DNA from: Armatimonadota bacterium
GTDB taxonomy: Bacteria > Armatimonadota > HRBIN16
Direction: 5' to 3'
Assembly: GCA_963677485.1 (NCBI GenBank)
Contig: OY781964.1
Span: 3,008,001-3,072,000 of the forward strand
DNA length: 64,000 nucleotides
The translations under genes were made by a program, and so were the position numbers. Position 1 is the first letter of the stretch. Each line of letters opens with the position of its first letter. Of the stretch, positions 50,231-59,579 are shown in pieces. The notes beneath the pieces were generated by a model. The model was not told the DNA's origin. It searched no databases and worked only from the letters and a program-made list of their open reading frames with translations.

Positions 50231-51793
50231 ATGAGGAGCACCGCGAACTTGAACAATCTGTTTAGCATGTTGCAGGATACTGCACAAATGGTACCTGACC
50301 AACCCGTCATCTATTTCAAAGATGACATCATCACATATAAGCAGTTGTTCGGGTATGTGTGCGGAGCCGCCCAGGCGTATCAGCCGTATGACATACAGAT
50401 GGGTGACCGTGTATCGATACTGATGGGCAACCTGCCGCAGTTTATGATCGCCTACTACGGTTTAGCGGCTATAGGAGCCGTCGCCGTTCCCAGTAACCCG
50501 TTGTTGAAAGCGGATGAGCTGACCTACATCTACAACAATGCCGAAGTGAAGGCGGTGGTCACCATTCCGCAGCTATTGCCTGTGGTGCTGGCCACCCTGC
50601 CCCGTGTGCCCAGTCTTAAGCATATATTTGTTTGCACCGGTGACGCCGAAGGGGCGATCAGCTTTGACCCGCTCTGGCAAAAAGCTGATGCACCGATACC
50701 GGTTACCCCGGAGTTTGACCCGGCCAAACACCCCGCGGTATTCATGTATACCAGCGGAACCACCGGCTACCCAAAAGGCTGTATGCTCTCGCACCGCAAC
50801 CTGCTAGCGAACAGCACGGGCGCAAAAATGCATCTCGGTCTTGGGCCTGGCACGGTCATCTTTTGCGTTCTGCCCCTCTTCCACGCCTTCGCCGCCACCA
50901 TCTGCATGCATCTGACCTTTATATCGAAAGCCTCGGTGGTCATTAATGAAAAGTTTATACCAGATTCCGTGCTGGATGCCATCGAACGATATAAGGTGAC
51001 GGTGCTGCCCATGGTGCCTACGATGTTTGCGGCCCTGGCGCAGTTCGGCAGCAAGAGCCCCGAAAAGCTGGCATCGGTCGTGCAGGCTATCTCCGGTGGA
51101 GCGCCTCTGCCAGGCGCCGTCTTGAACGCCTTTAAAGAGAAGTTCGGTGTGACCATCTTCGAAGGTGACGGTCCGACAGAGTGCTCACCGGTCACCTCCG
51201 TCAACCCGGTTGAAGGCGTGCAAAAGGTGGGCAGCATAGGCATACCCATCCCCGGCGTTGAGATGAAGATATTCGATGACAAAGACAATGAGCTGCCTAC
51301 CAACGAGTCCGGTGAAATTGTAGTGCGTGGCGACAGCGTGATGCTGGGCTACCACAACATGCCCGAAGAGACCGCCGAGGTGATGACTAGCGGCTGGTAT
51401 CACACCGGTGACATCGGCAAGAAGGACGAAGATGGCTACTTCTACATCCTGGACCGCAAGAAGGACATGCTGCTGGTGGGGGGGCTGAACGTTTACCCCC
51501 GCGAGGTGGAAGAGGTGATCGCGCACCACCCGGCGGTGATGGAGACTGCCGTAGTGGGTGAGTTTGACAAGCTGCGCGGCGAGGCCCCTGTGGCCTATGT
51601 TGTGCTGAAACCCGATCAGCAGGCCACCGCTAAAGAGATTTTAAAATGGTGCCGTCAAAAGCTGGCCACATACAAGGTGCCCAAGCGGGTAATCTTCCGT
51701 GACAATCTGCCCAAGTCCGCCACGATGAAGATACTCAAACGGCTTCTCCGCAAGGAGCTTGATCAAGAGGCTGGCATCGGCGACAAGAGCTAG
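50231..51793 (+). CDS. Long-chain fatty acid--CoA ligase (FadD-like) 3
   Basis: YTSGTTGYPKG, EGDGPTE, WYHTGDIG; close paralog of copy 1. Start codon uncertain. Confidence 0.9.
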   Translation: MRSTANLNNLFSMLQDTAQMVPDQPVIYFKDDIITYKQLFGYVCGAAQAYQPYDIQMGDRVSILMGNLPQFMIAYYGLAAIGAVAVPSNPLLKADELTYIYNNAEVKAVVTIPQLLPVVLATLPRVPSLKHIFVCTGDAEGAISFDPLWQKADAPIPVTPEFDPAKHPAVFMYTSGTTGYPKGCMLSHRNLLANSTGAKMHLGLGPGTVIFCVLPLFHAFAATICMHLTFISKASVVINEKFIPDSVLDAIERYKVTVLPMVPTMFAALAQFGSKSPEKLASVVQAISGGAPLPGAVLNAFKEKFGVTIFEGDGPTECSPVTSVNPVEGVQKVGSIGIPIPGVEMKIFDDKDNELPTNESGEIVVRGDSVMLGYHNMPEETAEVMTSGWYHTGDIGKKDEDGYFYILDRKKDMLLVGGLNVYPREVEEVIAHHPAVMETAVVGEFDKLRGEAPVAYVVLKPDQQATAKEILKWCRQKLATYKVPKRVIFRDNLPKSATMKILKRLLRKELDQEAGIGDKS

Positions 51794-51814
51794 ATCTGCA
51801 TCACGCAATCCCAC

Positions 51815-51848
51815 AACCCCGGAAGGCATACCGCCTTCTGGGGTTTTT
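51815..51848 (+). terminator. Intrinsic terminator
   Basis: AACCCCGGAAGGC-ATACC-GCCTTCTGGGGTT followed by TTT. Confidence 0.75.
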
Positions 51849-51891
51849 ATACTTTTAATGTAAAATCGAACCGCCGCGACCCTGTTTTTGC

Positions 51892-51920
51892 TTGACAGCG
51901 AGTTGGTGCAAACGGATAAT
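51892..51920 (+). promoter_or_regulatory. Sigma70-type promoter of the propeller-dockerin array
   Basis: TTGACA-17 bp-GATAAT, ~80 bp upstream of the ATG at 52001. Confidence 0.65.
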
Positions 51921-52000
51921 GGAGTTAACGGTGTGAAACCGTCTGCTGAAGGGGTGATGTAGCCTCGTCAGCGAATCCCCCAACCGTAGGAGTAAAGTTT

Positions 52001-54382
52001 ATGTTTAGGTTATCTGCATCTGTCAATGTGGCGTATTTTACAGCACTCGCACTGCTTACACTAACGATTCCTGTGTTTGCTGCACCACCTACAATATCAT
52101 CATTCACGCCAACTAGAACCGTGGTCAATAGAAATATCACTATCAATGGTACTGGCCTGTCAACAACCGACTCAGTCGCCTTCAACGGCGTGCCGACTCC
52201 CATGGTTACTGTGATTGATGATACTGCGGTATCTGTCAGAGTACCCCAAAACGCAAAGACCGGTAAGATCAGCATCACAACATTATATGGAACAGCCACA
52301 AGCACGATATTACTCGCCATCCTGCCTTTCGAAACAGGTGGAACGATCGAATCCTGGGGCGACTTGACTACAGCTCCTGGTGAGTTAAGTGGGTTCAAAG
52401 CGATATCGGGAGGTAGTAATTTCACTATCGGGATCAAGCAGGATGGTAGTTTGGTCGCGTGGGGCGATAATAACCTTCAGCAATGCACAATTCCTGTGCC
52501 AAATATTGAGTTCAAAGCGGTATCCGCGGGTTATAGTCACTCTCTTGGACTAAAACGTGACGGTTCAGTAGTGGGTTGGGGATTCAACACATTTGATTGT
52601 TATAACATTCCATCACCAAACCAGAACTTTATTGCTGTGGCCGCAGGAAATTCTTTTTCTGTCGGGTTGAAACAAGACGGCACCATCGTCTGTTGGGGTA
52701 ATAACTCTAGTAATGTATCTGTAGCACCGACACCAAACAGCGGCTTTACCGCAATCACAGCAGGTGGTGGTCACAACGCAGCTCTGAAGAACGACGGGTC
52801 AGTTGTTTGCTGGGGGTATAATGGCGACCAGCAGTGCACTGTTCCCTCCCCAAACCAGAATTTCGTGGCGATCTCGGCAGGCTACATACACACCGCCGGG
52901 CTCAAGCGAGACGGTTCCGTGGTGTGCTGGGGAAGTAACACGAAATCTGCATGTAACGTGCCCTCACCAAACCGGGATTTCGTAGCCATCGCTGCAGGCT
53001 ACGCACACACAGCCGGGCTCAAGCGTGATGGCTCTGTTGTCTGCTGGGGATCAAACGAATTCGGACAGTGCACTGTACCTGAACCCAACGTAGACTTCAT
53101 CGCTATCGCTGCAACCAATGGGAGCACCGTCGGTCTCAAGCGCGACGGACGGGTTGTTTGCTGGGGATCGAACGAATATGGACAGTGCAATGTACCTTAC
53201 AGTAGTAATGGATTCATTGAAGCCGATACAGGATACAGGCATGCAGTCGCGTTGACTCTGGACGGTAAAGTCGTTTGTTGGGGGCTGAATGACGCAAACC
53301 AATGCAATATTCCAGAACCTAACTCCGACTTTATCTCAGTAAGCGCCGGGCACTCGAGCACCATTGGATTGAAAGCTGATGGCTCTCTCGTAGCTTGGGG
53401 TATTGTCGACTATCGGGGGTCCGTGCCTACTCCAAATGAAGATTTTATATCTGTATCACAAGGAACATCCTTCTTCACGGCCCTCAAATCTGATGGCTCT
53501 GTAGTATGCTGGGGTCGCAATGATGATAACCAATGCAGTGTTCCCGCTCCTAACACAGGTTTCACTCAGGTCAAAGCGGGTAATTCACACGTCGTCGGAT
53601 TGAAGTCGAATGGCTCTGTGGTGTGCTGGGGAGCAAACTATGGTGGTCGAACAACCGTACCTAGTCCAAACCAGAACTTCGTTGCCATCGCATCCGGCGG
53701 TGGCCATTCCATGGGCCTCAAAAGCGATGGCTCCATAGTCTGCTGGGGATCAAACGACAATGGCCAATGTAATGTTCCGGCACCTAACAAAGACTTTGTG
53801 GGGATCGACGCGGGTAGTAACCATTCAATCGGCGTTAAGAAGGATGGCACTGTTGTCTGCTGGGGTTATTCATATTCGGGACAATGTAGTGTGCCTCGCA
53901 TTAATACGGGATTTATCGCTGTTGGTGGTGGAGGCTTTAACTCGATCGCCATCCGAAGACAGCAAACTGTCACCGGTCAGGTGCAACTGGGTAGCTTCCT
54001 GGCACCGCTGCCTTCGCAGCGGATGACCGCCTGGATCGCCAGCGCGTCAGACCCCACGGCCACGCAGTGCCTCAGCCTGCTGCCAGACGTCAGCGGTAAC
54101 TACACGCTATCCAGCTACCTGCAGCCGCCGTATGACATCCGGGTCAGCAGCCCGCACTTCCTGACGGCCAAAGCGGCCGGTGTGGCTTCAGGCCAAAGCG
54201 CGAACTTCGCGCTTACCAATGGCGATGCCAACGGCGACAACCAGATCAACCTGTTCGACTTCGTGGTGCTGGATACCAAGTTCGGCTCCGCTGATTCCAT
54301 GGCGGATCTGGACGGCGACGGTCAGGTGAATCTATTCGACTATGTGATCATCGACCAACACTTCGGTGCTCAGGGGGAATAA
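52001..54382 (+). CDS. Secreted protein: 1 IPT/TIG + 14 RCC1/BLIP-II-like blades + beta-sandwich + dockerin-like tail
   Basis: Signal peptide; PTISSFTP TIG unit; 14 xxCWG-type repeats; tail GDANGDNQINLFDF...FGAQGE. Confidence 0.87.
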   Translation: MFRLSASVNVAYFTALALLTLTIPVFAAPPTISSFTPTRTVVNRNITINGTGLSTTDSVAFNGVPTPMVTVIDDTAVSVRVPQNAKTGKISITTLYGTATSTILLAILPFETGGTIESWGDLTTAPGELSGFKAISGGSNFTIGIKQDGSLVAWGDNNLQQCTIPVPNIEFKAVSAGYSHSLGLKRDGSVVGWGFNTFDCYNIPSPNQNFIAVAAGNSFSVGLKQDGTIVCWGNNSSNVSVAPTPNSGFTAITAGGGHNAALKNDGSVVCWGYNGDQQCTVPSPNQNFVAISAGYIHTAGLKRDGSVVCWGSNTKSACNVPSPNRDFVAIAAGYAHTAGLKRDGSVVCWGSNEFGQCTVPEPNVDFIAIAATNGSTVGLKRDGRVVCWGSNEYGQCNVPYSSNGFIEADTGYRHAVALTLDGKVVCWGLNDANQCNIPEPNSDFISVSAGHSSTIGLKADGSLVAWGIVDYRGSVPTPNEDFISVSQGTSFFTALKSDGSVVCWGRNDDNQCSVPAPNTGFTQVKAGNSHVVGLKSNGSVVCWGANYGGRTTVPSPNQNFVAIASGGGHSMGLKSDGSIVCWGSNDNGQCNVPAPNKDFVGIDAGSNHSIGVKKDGTVVCWGYSYSGQCSVPRINTGFIAVGGGGFNSIAIRRQQTVTGQVQLGSFLAPLPSQRMTAWIASASDPTATQCLSLLPDVSGNYTLSSYLQPPYDIRVSSPHFLTAKAAGVASGQSANFALTNGDANGDNQINLFDFVVLDTKFGSADSMADLDGDGQVNLFDYVIIDQHFGAQGE

Positions 54383-54434
54383 GGCGCAAGATGACATGCA
54401 CAGCTTTATCACATCAACGCAAAGGAGTAATCCT

Positions 54435-57380
54435 ATGAAATCAGCACGAATACAGAACAGTAGCATCTACGGGTTTTGTCTACTATGGCTTGTATTATTG
54501 TCATGCGATTTACCCCTCCTCGCGCAATCGGGCACCATTGAAACATGGGGGACACGGCGCATCATACCTGGCGAGTTGAGCGGCTTCACGGCGATTGCCG
54601 CCGGCGATGACCACACACTCGGTTTAAAGGCTGACGGTTCGGTTGTCGGCTGGGGACGCAACGATGTTGGCCAGTGTGATACACCTGTGCCAAACACAGG
54701 CTTCACTTCGATATCCGCGGGCACCAACCGCTCCGCAGGTGTCAAGAGCGACGGCTCAATAGTGTGCTGGGGCGCCAACAACTACTCGCAATCCAGTGTG
54801 CCAGCTCCGAATGCGGACTTTACGGCGGTTTCCGCCGGATGGGGGCACACAGTCGGCCTCAAGAAGAATGGTTCTGTGGTTTGCTGGGGCTATAACTGGG
54901 AAGGCCAATGCGATGTGCCTACGCCTAACAGCAATTTTATAGCTGTGGCTGCTGGACAAAACCACACAGTGGGACTGAAGAGAGACGGCTCCATTGTCTG
55001 TTGGGGTAGTAATGACAGCAAGCAGTGCGATGTGCCTGCGCCTAACTCGGACTTTGTGGCTATCGGAGCAAGCGATGGCTCGGCATCGATGGGTATCAAG
55101 AAAGATGGTTCACTGGTTCTTTTCGGAAACCTCACTCAAGGTCGTAATGTCATACCTGCTCCAAACAGTGGCTTCAAGTCTGTGGGGTTTGGCGGCGACC
55201 ACGCCATAGCATTAAGAAGGGATGGCTCCATCGCATCATGGGGCATCGGTTCATTGGGCCAGTGTAGTACACCTAGTCCTAATCAAGACTTCGTCGCAGT
55301 AGTCGCTGGTGGCACACATACGGCGGCACTAAAAGCGAACGGCACTGTAGTTTGCTATGGAGATAACGCGTACGGACAGTGTAATACTGCCACTAACACC
55401 ATTAATGATCTAGTAGGGGTATCATCAGGTTACAATTTCACAGTCGGATTGAAACGTAATGGATCATTATTAGCCTGGGGACATAATGAAATAGGTCAAT
55501 GTGACTTGCCCGTACTTAACAATGGGTTTATGGCTGTAGCATCAGGGATGGGGTTTAGCTTTGGGCTTAAAAACGATGGCTCATTGTTAAGCTGGGGTGG
55601 TTACCTGTTTGGTGACACCAATATGCCACCCGATAACCACAACTTTACGAAAATCGCAGCAGGTGGCGGCCATGGATTAGGCCTGAAAACTGATGGTTCT
55701 ATATCGACCTGGGGATGGAATGCAGAAGGCCAGTGCAACGTGCCATTACCCAACACGAACTTCAAGGCGCTTGCAGGTGGAGGATACCATTCTGCTGCCG
55801 TCAAGAATGATGGGTCGGTCATCTGCTGGGGTCGAAACCTCGAAGGCCAATGTAATGCGCCATCGCCAAACACTGGTTATACAGCAGTCAGTGCTGGCTT
55901 ATATCACACAGTGGGTATTAAGGAAGATGGCTCTGTGGTTGCTTGGGGGCGTAATGATGACGGTCAGTGCGATGTACCTGAACCCAACCAGGATTTCGTG
56001 GCTGCCGCGGCTGGTTTTTCTCATACCATCGGCCTAAAACGAGACGGATCAATTGTCGGATGGGGTGGTACCTATGCCCACCAACTTGTGGTTCCGGCAC
56101 CAAATAAAGGGTTTATTGCCATTGCTGCAGATGCCTATTACTCTGTAGCCGTACGCAGCGATGGAACTGTGGTGACCATCGGGGGTGAACTACAAAACAC
56201 CACCACGATGCCGAACCGGAGCATTGTCTCCGTATCGGAAGGGGGTACTCACACTTCAACTCTGATGGCAGATGGAACGATCTCCTGCTGGGGCACCAAC
56301 AGCGAGGGACAATGCAATTCGCCCGCAGGCAATGACTTCCTTGCGGTGGCCGCCGGTTATAATCACACCGCTGCTTTAAAGGCTGACGGTGCCATCATAT
56401 GCTGGGGAAACAACGAAGTCGGTCAGTGTGATATCCCTGAGCCGAACTCAGGATTCAAGTCAGTCATCACAGGGGGGTACTACACCGCTGGTCTGAAAAA
56501 CGACGGTTCAGTCGCCTGTTGGGGTAGGATGTCAAGTGTTCCTGAACCGAATGCGAATTTTACCTCAATTGCATCAGGTAACGCACATATAGTAGGGCTG
56601 AAGGCTAACGGCTCAGTCGTCGTCTGGGGCGATTACCTCAATGGTATTGATGTGGTTCCCACTCCCAATCAAGATTTTGTTGCTGTCGCTGGAGGTGGTG
56701 GTTACTCGCTAGGGCTCAAGGCCAACGGTTCGGTGGTCGGTTGGGGAAGCAACTATTATGGACAATGCAATGTCCCCTCGCCCAACCAGGATTTTGTGGC
56801 GATCGCAGCAAGCGATTACTGTTCTGTGGGCATGAAGCGTGATGGCTCGATAATCTGCTGGGGAGATACCAGCAAACTCCAGCCTAACTTCCCATACCCC
56901 AATTCCGGTTTCACAGCCATCGCAGCCGGTGGATGTAAAATCACCGCCATCCGCGGCACGCGGAACATCAGCGGGCAGGTGCAACTCGGCAGCTTCCTGG
57001 CGCCGCTGCCTTCGCAGCGGCTGACGGCTTGGATCGCCAGCGCGTCAGACCCCACGGCTACGCAGTGCCTCAGCCTGCTGCCAGACGCCAGCGGCAACTA
57101 CACGCTCTCCAGCTACCTGCAGCCGCCGTATGACATACGGGTCAGCAGCCCGCACTTCCTGGCGGCGAAAGCAGCCGGTGTGGCCGCAGGCCAGAACGCG
57201 AACTTCGCGCTGACCAACGGCGACGCCGACGGCGATAACCAGATCAACCTGTTCGACTTCGTGGTGCTGGATTCCAAGTTCGGCTCCGCTGATCCCATGG
57301 CCGACTTGGACGGTAGCGGTCAGGTGAACCTGTTCGACTATGTGATCATCGACCAGCACTTCGGTGCCCAGGGGGAGTGA
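54435..57380 (+). CDS. Secreted protein: 21 RCC1/BLIP-II-like blades + dockerin-like tail
   Basis: AAGGAG RBS, signal peptide, 21 repeats counted, same tail. Confidence 0.87.
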   Translation: MKSARIQNSSIYGFCLLWLVLLSCDLPLLAQSGTIETWGTRRIIPGELSGFTAIAAGDDHTLGLKADGSVVGWGRNDVGQCDTPVPNTGFTSISAGTNRSAGVKSDGSIVCWGANNYSQSSVPAPNADFTAVSAGWGHTVGLKKNGSVVCWGYNWEGQCDVPTPNSNFIAVAAGQNHTVGLKRDGSIVCWGSNDSKQCDVPAPNSDFVAIGASDGSASMGIKKDGSLVLFGNLTQGRNVIPAPNSGFKSVGFGGDHAIALRRDGSIASWGIGSLGQCSTPSPNQDFVAVVAGGTHTAALKANGTVVCYGDNAYGQCNTATNTINDLVGVSSGYNFTVGLKRNGSLLAWGHNEIGQCDLPVLNNGFMAVASGMGFSFGLKNDGSLLSWGGYLFGDTNMPPDNHNFTKIAAGGGHGLGLKTDGSISTWGWNAEGQCNVPLPNTNFKALAGGGYHSAAVKNDGSVICWGRNLEGQCNAPSPNTGYTAVSAGLYHTVGIKEDGSVVAWGRNDDGQCDVPEPNQDFVAAAAGFSHTIGLKRDGSIVGWGGTYAHQLVVPAPNKGFIAIAADAYYSVAVRSDGTVVTIGGELQNTTTMPNRSIVSVSEGGTHTSTLMADGTISCWGTNSEGQCNSPAGNDFLAVAAGYNHTAALKADGAIICWGNNEVGQCDIPEPNSGFKSVITGGYYTAGLKNDGSVACWGRMSSVPEPNANFTSIASGNAHIVGLKANGSVVVWGDYLNGIDVVPTPNQDFVAVAGGGGYSLGLKANGSVVGWGSNYYGQCNVPSPNQDFVAIAASDYCSVGMKRDGSIICWGDTSKLQPNFPYPNSGFTAIAAGGCKITAIRGTRNISGQVQLGSFLAPLPSQRLTAWIASASDPTATQCLSLLPDASGNYTLSSYLQPPYDIRVSSPHFLAAKAAGVAAGQNANFALTNGDADGDNQINLFDFVVLDSKFGSADPMADLDGSGQVNLFDYVIIDQHFGAQGE

Positions 57381-57460
57381 ACTCCTATGGGTGGTGGGCG
57401 ATCAGCTCACCGCCCGATTACCTGCGACACGGTTCTGTATAAGGGGAATGGTAAGTGAAT

Positions 57461-59566
57461 ATGAAATCATATCTGCGAGCACTCCAAACTGGGTGTTGGA
57501 TACTGTGCCTGTGTGCGTTGATCGGCTGCACGGCCTGCTTTGCGCAAGGAGGGACAGTCGATGCTTGGGGCGGAACCGTTCTGCCTCCTGGTGAGCTTTC
57601 TGGGTTTAGCTCCATTGCGACGTGCGAAACCCGAACAGTCGGGTTAAGACTCGACGGTTCAGTGGTATGCTGGGGAGATAACAGCGGTGGTAAGTGCATG
57701 GTGCCAACACCCAACACAGGCTTCACCGCAGTGACTCCATCCTATGGATTAAAGAGTGACGGTTCAGTGGTAGGCTGGGGGGGTACCTCGAACGGTGTGC
57801 CTACTCCTAACACTGACTTCATTGCCATTGCCGAAAGTAATCATCATACCATCGGGTTGAAACGCAACGGCACTGTAGTTTGCTGGGGTATGAATTATTA
57901 CGGTGAATGTGATGTACCGGCGCCTAACCAAGACTTTATCGCCATCGCAGCGGGGCCAAGTGTATCTATCGGACTTAAAAAGAATGGTTCGATTGTTTGT
58001 TGGGGGTATAAAGGTTTTGGTCAGTGTAGCGTACCAGCACCGAACACCGATTTCATTGCTATAGCTGCGGGTAACTATCACACCGTTGGGTTAAAGAACG
58101 ATGGTTCTGTGGTCTGCTGGGGTAATAACGCTAGCGGACAGTGCACCCTACCTTCACCTAACAGTGGCTTTACGGCTGTATATGCAGATGACTCATACAC
58201 TGTCGGATTGAAGCGTGATGGCAGTCTCGTCAGCTGGGGAGACAACAGTAGTGGCCAATGCAATACCCCTGAGCCAAACAAAGACTTTATTGCCGTTGCC
58301 GCCGGCGGAACTCATACCGTCGCGGTGAAGCGTGATGGCTCGGTGTTGGGTTGGGGCAGTAATATCTACGGTCAACTCTATATGGATAGGCCTAACAAAG
58401 ACTTCATTGCGATCTCCTCAGGCGGTCTACACACCGCAGCACTAAAGGGGGATGGTTCCGTAGTCTGCTGGGGGAGCAACGATTACGGTCAAAGCACAGT
58501 CCCTGCTCCCAACCAGGATTTCACGGCTGTGGCAGCAGGAGCCCAACACACTATTGGACTCAAGCGAGACGGATCGATTGTCGGCTGGGGTGTAAATCTC
58601 TATGGCATTTGCAATGCTCCGTCTCCAAACCAAGACTTCATTGCTGTGGCCGCAGGGCGAACTCACTCGGCTGGGATAAAGCGTGATGGGTCTATCGTCT
58701 GCTGGGGCAGTGATGACCACAACCAGGCGGTGGTTCCAGAGCCCAACAAAGACTTTGTGGCAGTCGATATCGGTGATTTCCATATCGTTGGGTTGAAGAA
58801 AGACGGTTCGGTTGTCTGCTGGGGCGTAAATGATGATGGACAGTGTACGGTGCCAACCCCAAACCAGAATTTCATCGCTATCGCGGCAGGCCCCACCCGT
58901 ACCGTAGGACTCAAGCGCGATGGATCGATTGCCATATGGGGATCGAACTACATTGATAATCCTAATCCCAACACCGGATTTGTATCGATCGCCGCCGGTA
59001 AATACGACAATGTGGGTATCAAGAGTGATGGATCTATGGTCATCTGGGGAGCCCGGATGTTTAACATGATAGATATACCTAAGCCAAACAGCGGATTTAC
59101 TGCCGTCGATGTCAGCGATTTTGGTATAATCGCCATCCGCCAGGTGCATTCGCTGTCGGGACAGATCCAGCTAAGCAACTTCCGTGGAAACATGGCAACT
59201 CAGCAATTCTTAGCCAAAGTATCCAGCTCCGCGGATGCGAGTATTACTCAATTCCTCAACCTGCGACTGCAGGGGGATGGTAGTTTTTCGCTATCCAGCT
59301 ATTTGCAGCCGCCCTATGATATTCGCATCACTGGTTCGCACTTCCTGGGCATGAAGGCGACGAACGTCGCCTTATCACAGAACCTTGGTCTTGCATTCAC
59401 CAATGGTGACGCAGATGGTAATAATAACATCAACCTGTTCGACTTCGTCGTGCTGGATTCGAAATTCGGCACATCCGATCCGATGGCTGATCTCGACGGC
59501 GACGGCACTGTGAACCTATTTGACTATGTGATTATCGACCAGGGATTTGGTGCTCAAGGTGAATAA
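57461..59566 (+). CDS. Secreted protein: 14 RCC1/BLIP-II-like blades + dockerin-like tail
   Basis: Signal peptide, 14 repeats counted, more divergent tail module. The start could be 57455. Confidence 0.87.
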   Translation: MKSYLRALQTGCWILCLCALIGCTACFAQGGTVDAWGGTVLPPGELSGFSSIATCETRTVGLRLDGSVVCWGDNSGGKCMVPTPNTGFTAVTPSYGLKSDGSVVGWGGTSNGVPTPNTDFIAIAESNHHTIGLKRNGTVVCWGMNYYGECDVPAPNQDFIAIAAGPSVSIGLKKNGSIVCWGYKGFGQCSVPAPNTDFIAIAAGNYHTVGLKNDGSVVCWGNNASGQCTLPSPNSGFTAVYADDSYTVGLKRDGSLVSWGDNSSGQCNTPEPNKDFIAVAAGGTHTVAVKRDGSVLGWGSNIYGQLYMDRPNKDFIAISSGGLHTAALKGDGSVVCWGSNDYGQSTVPAPNQDFTAVAAGAQHTIGLKRDGSIVGWGVNLYGICNAPSPNQDFIAVAAGRTHSAGIKRDGSIVCWGSDDHNQAVVPEPNKDFVAVDIGDFHIVGLKKDGSVVCWGVNDDGQCTVPTPNQNFIAIAAGPTRTVGLKRDGSIAIWGSNYIDNPNPNTGFVSIAAGKYDNVGIKSDGSMVIWGARMFNMIDIPKPNSGFTAVDVSDFGIIAIRQVHSLSGQIQLSNFRGNMATQQFLAKVSSSADASITQFLNLRLQGDGSFSLSSYLQPPYDIRITGSHFLGMKATNVALSQNLGLAFTNGDADGNNNINLFDFVVLDSKFGTSDPMADLDGDGTVNLFDYVIIDQGFGAQGE

Positions 59567-59579
59567 GGGAGTGAAATCT

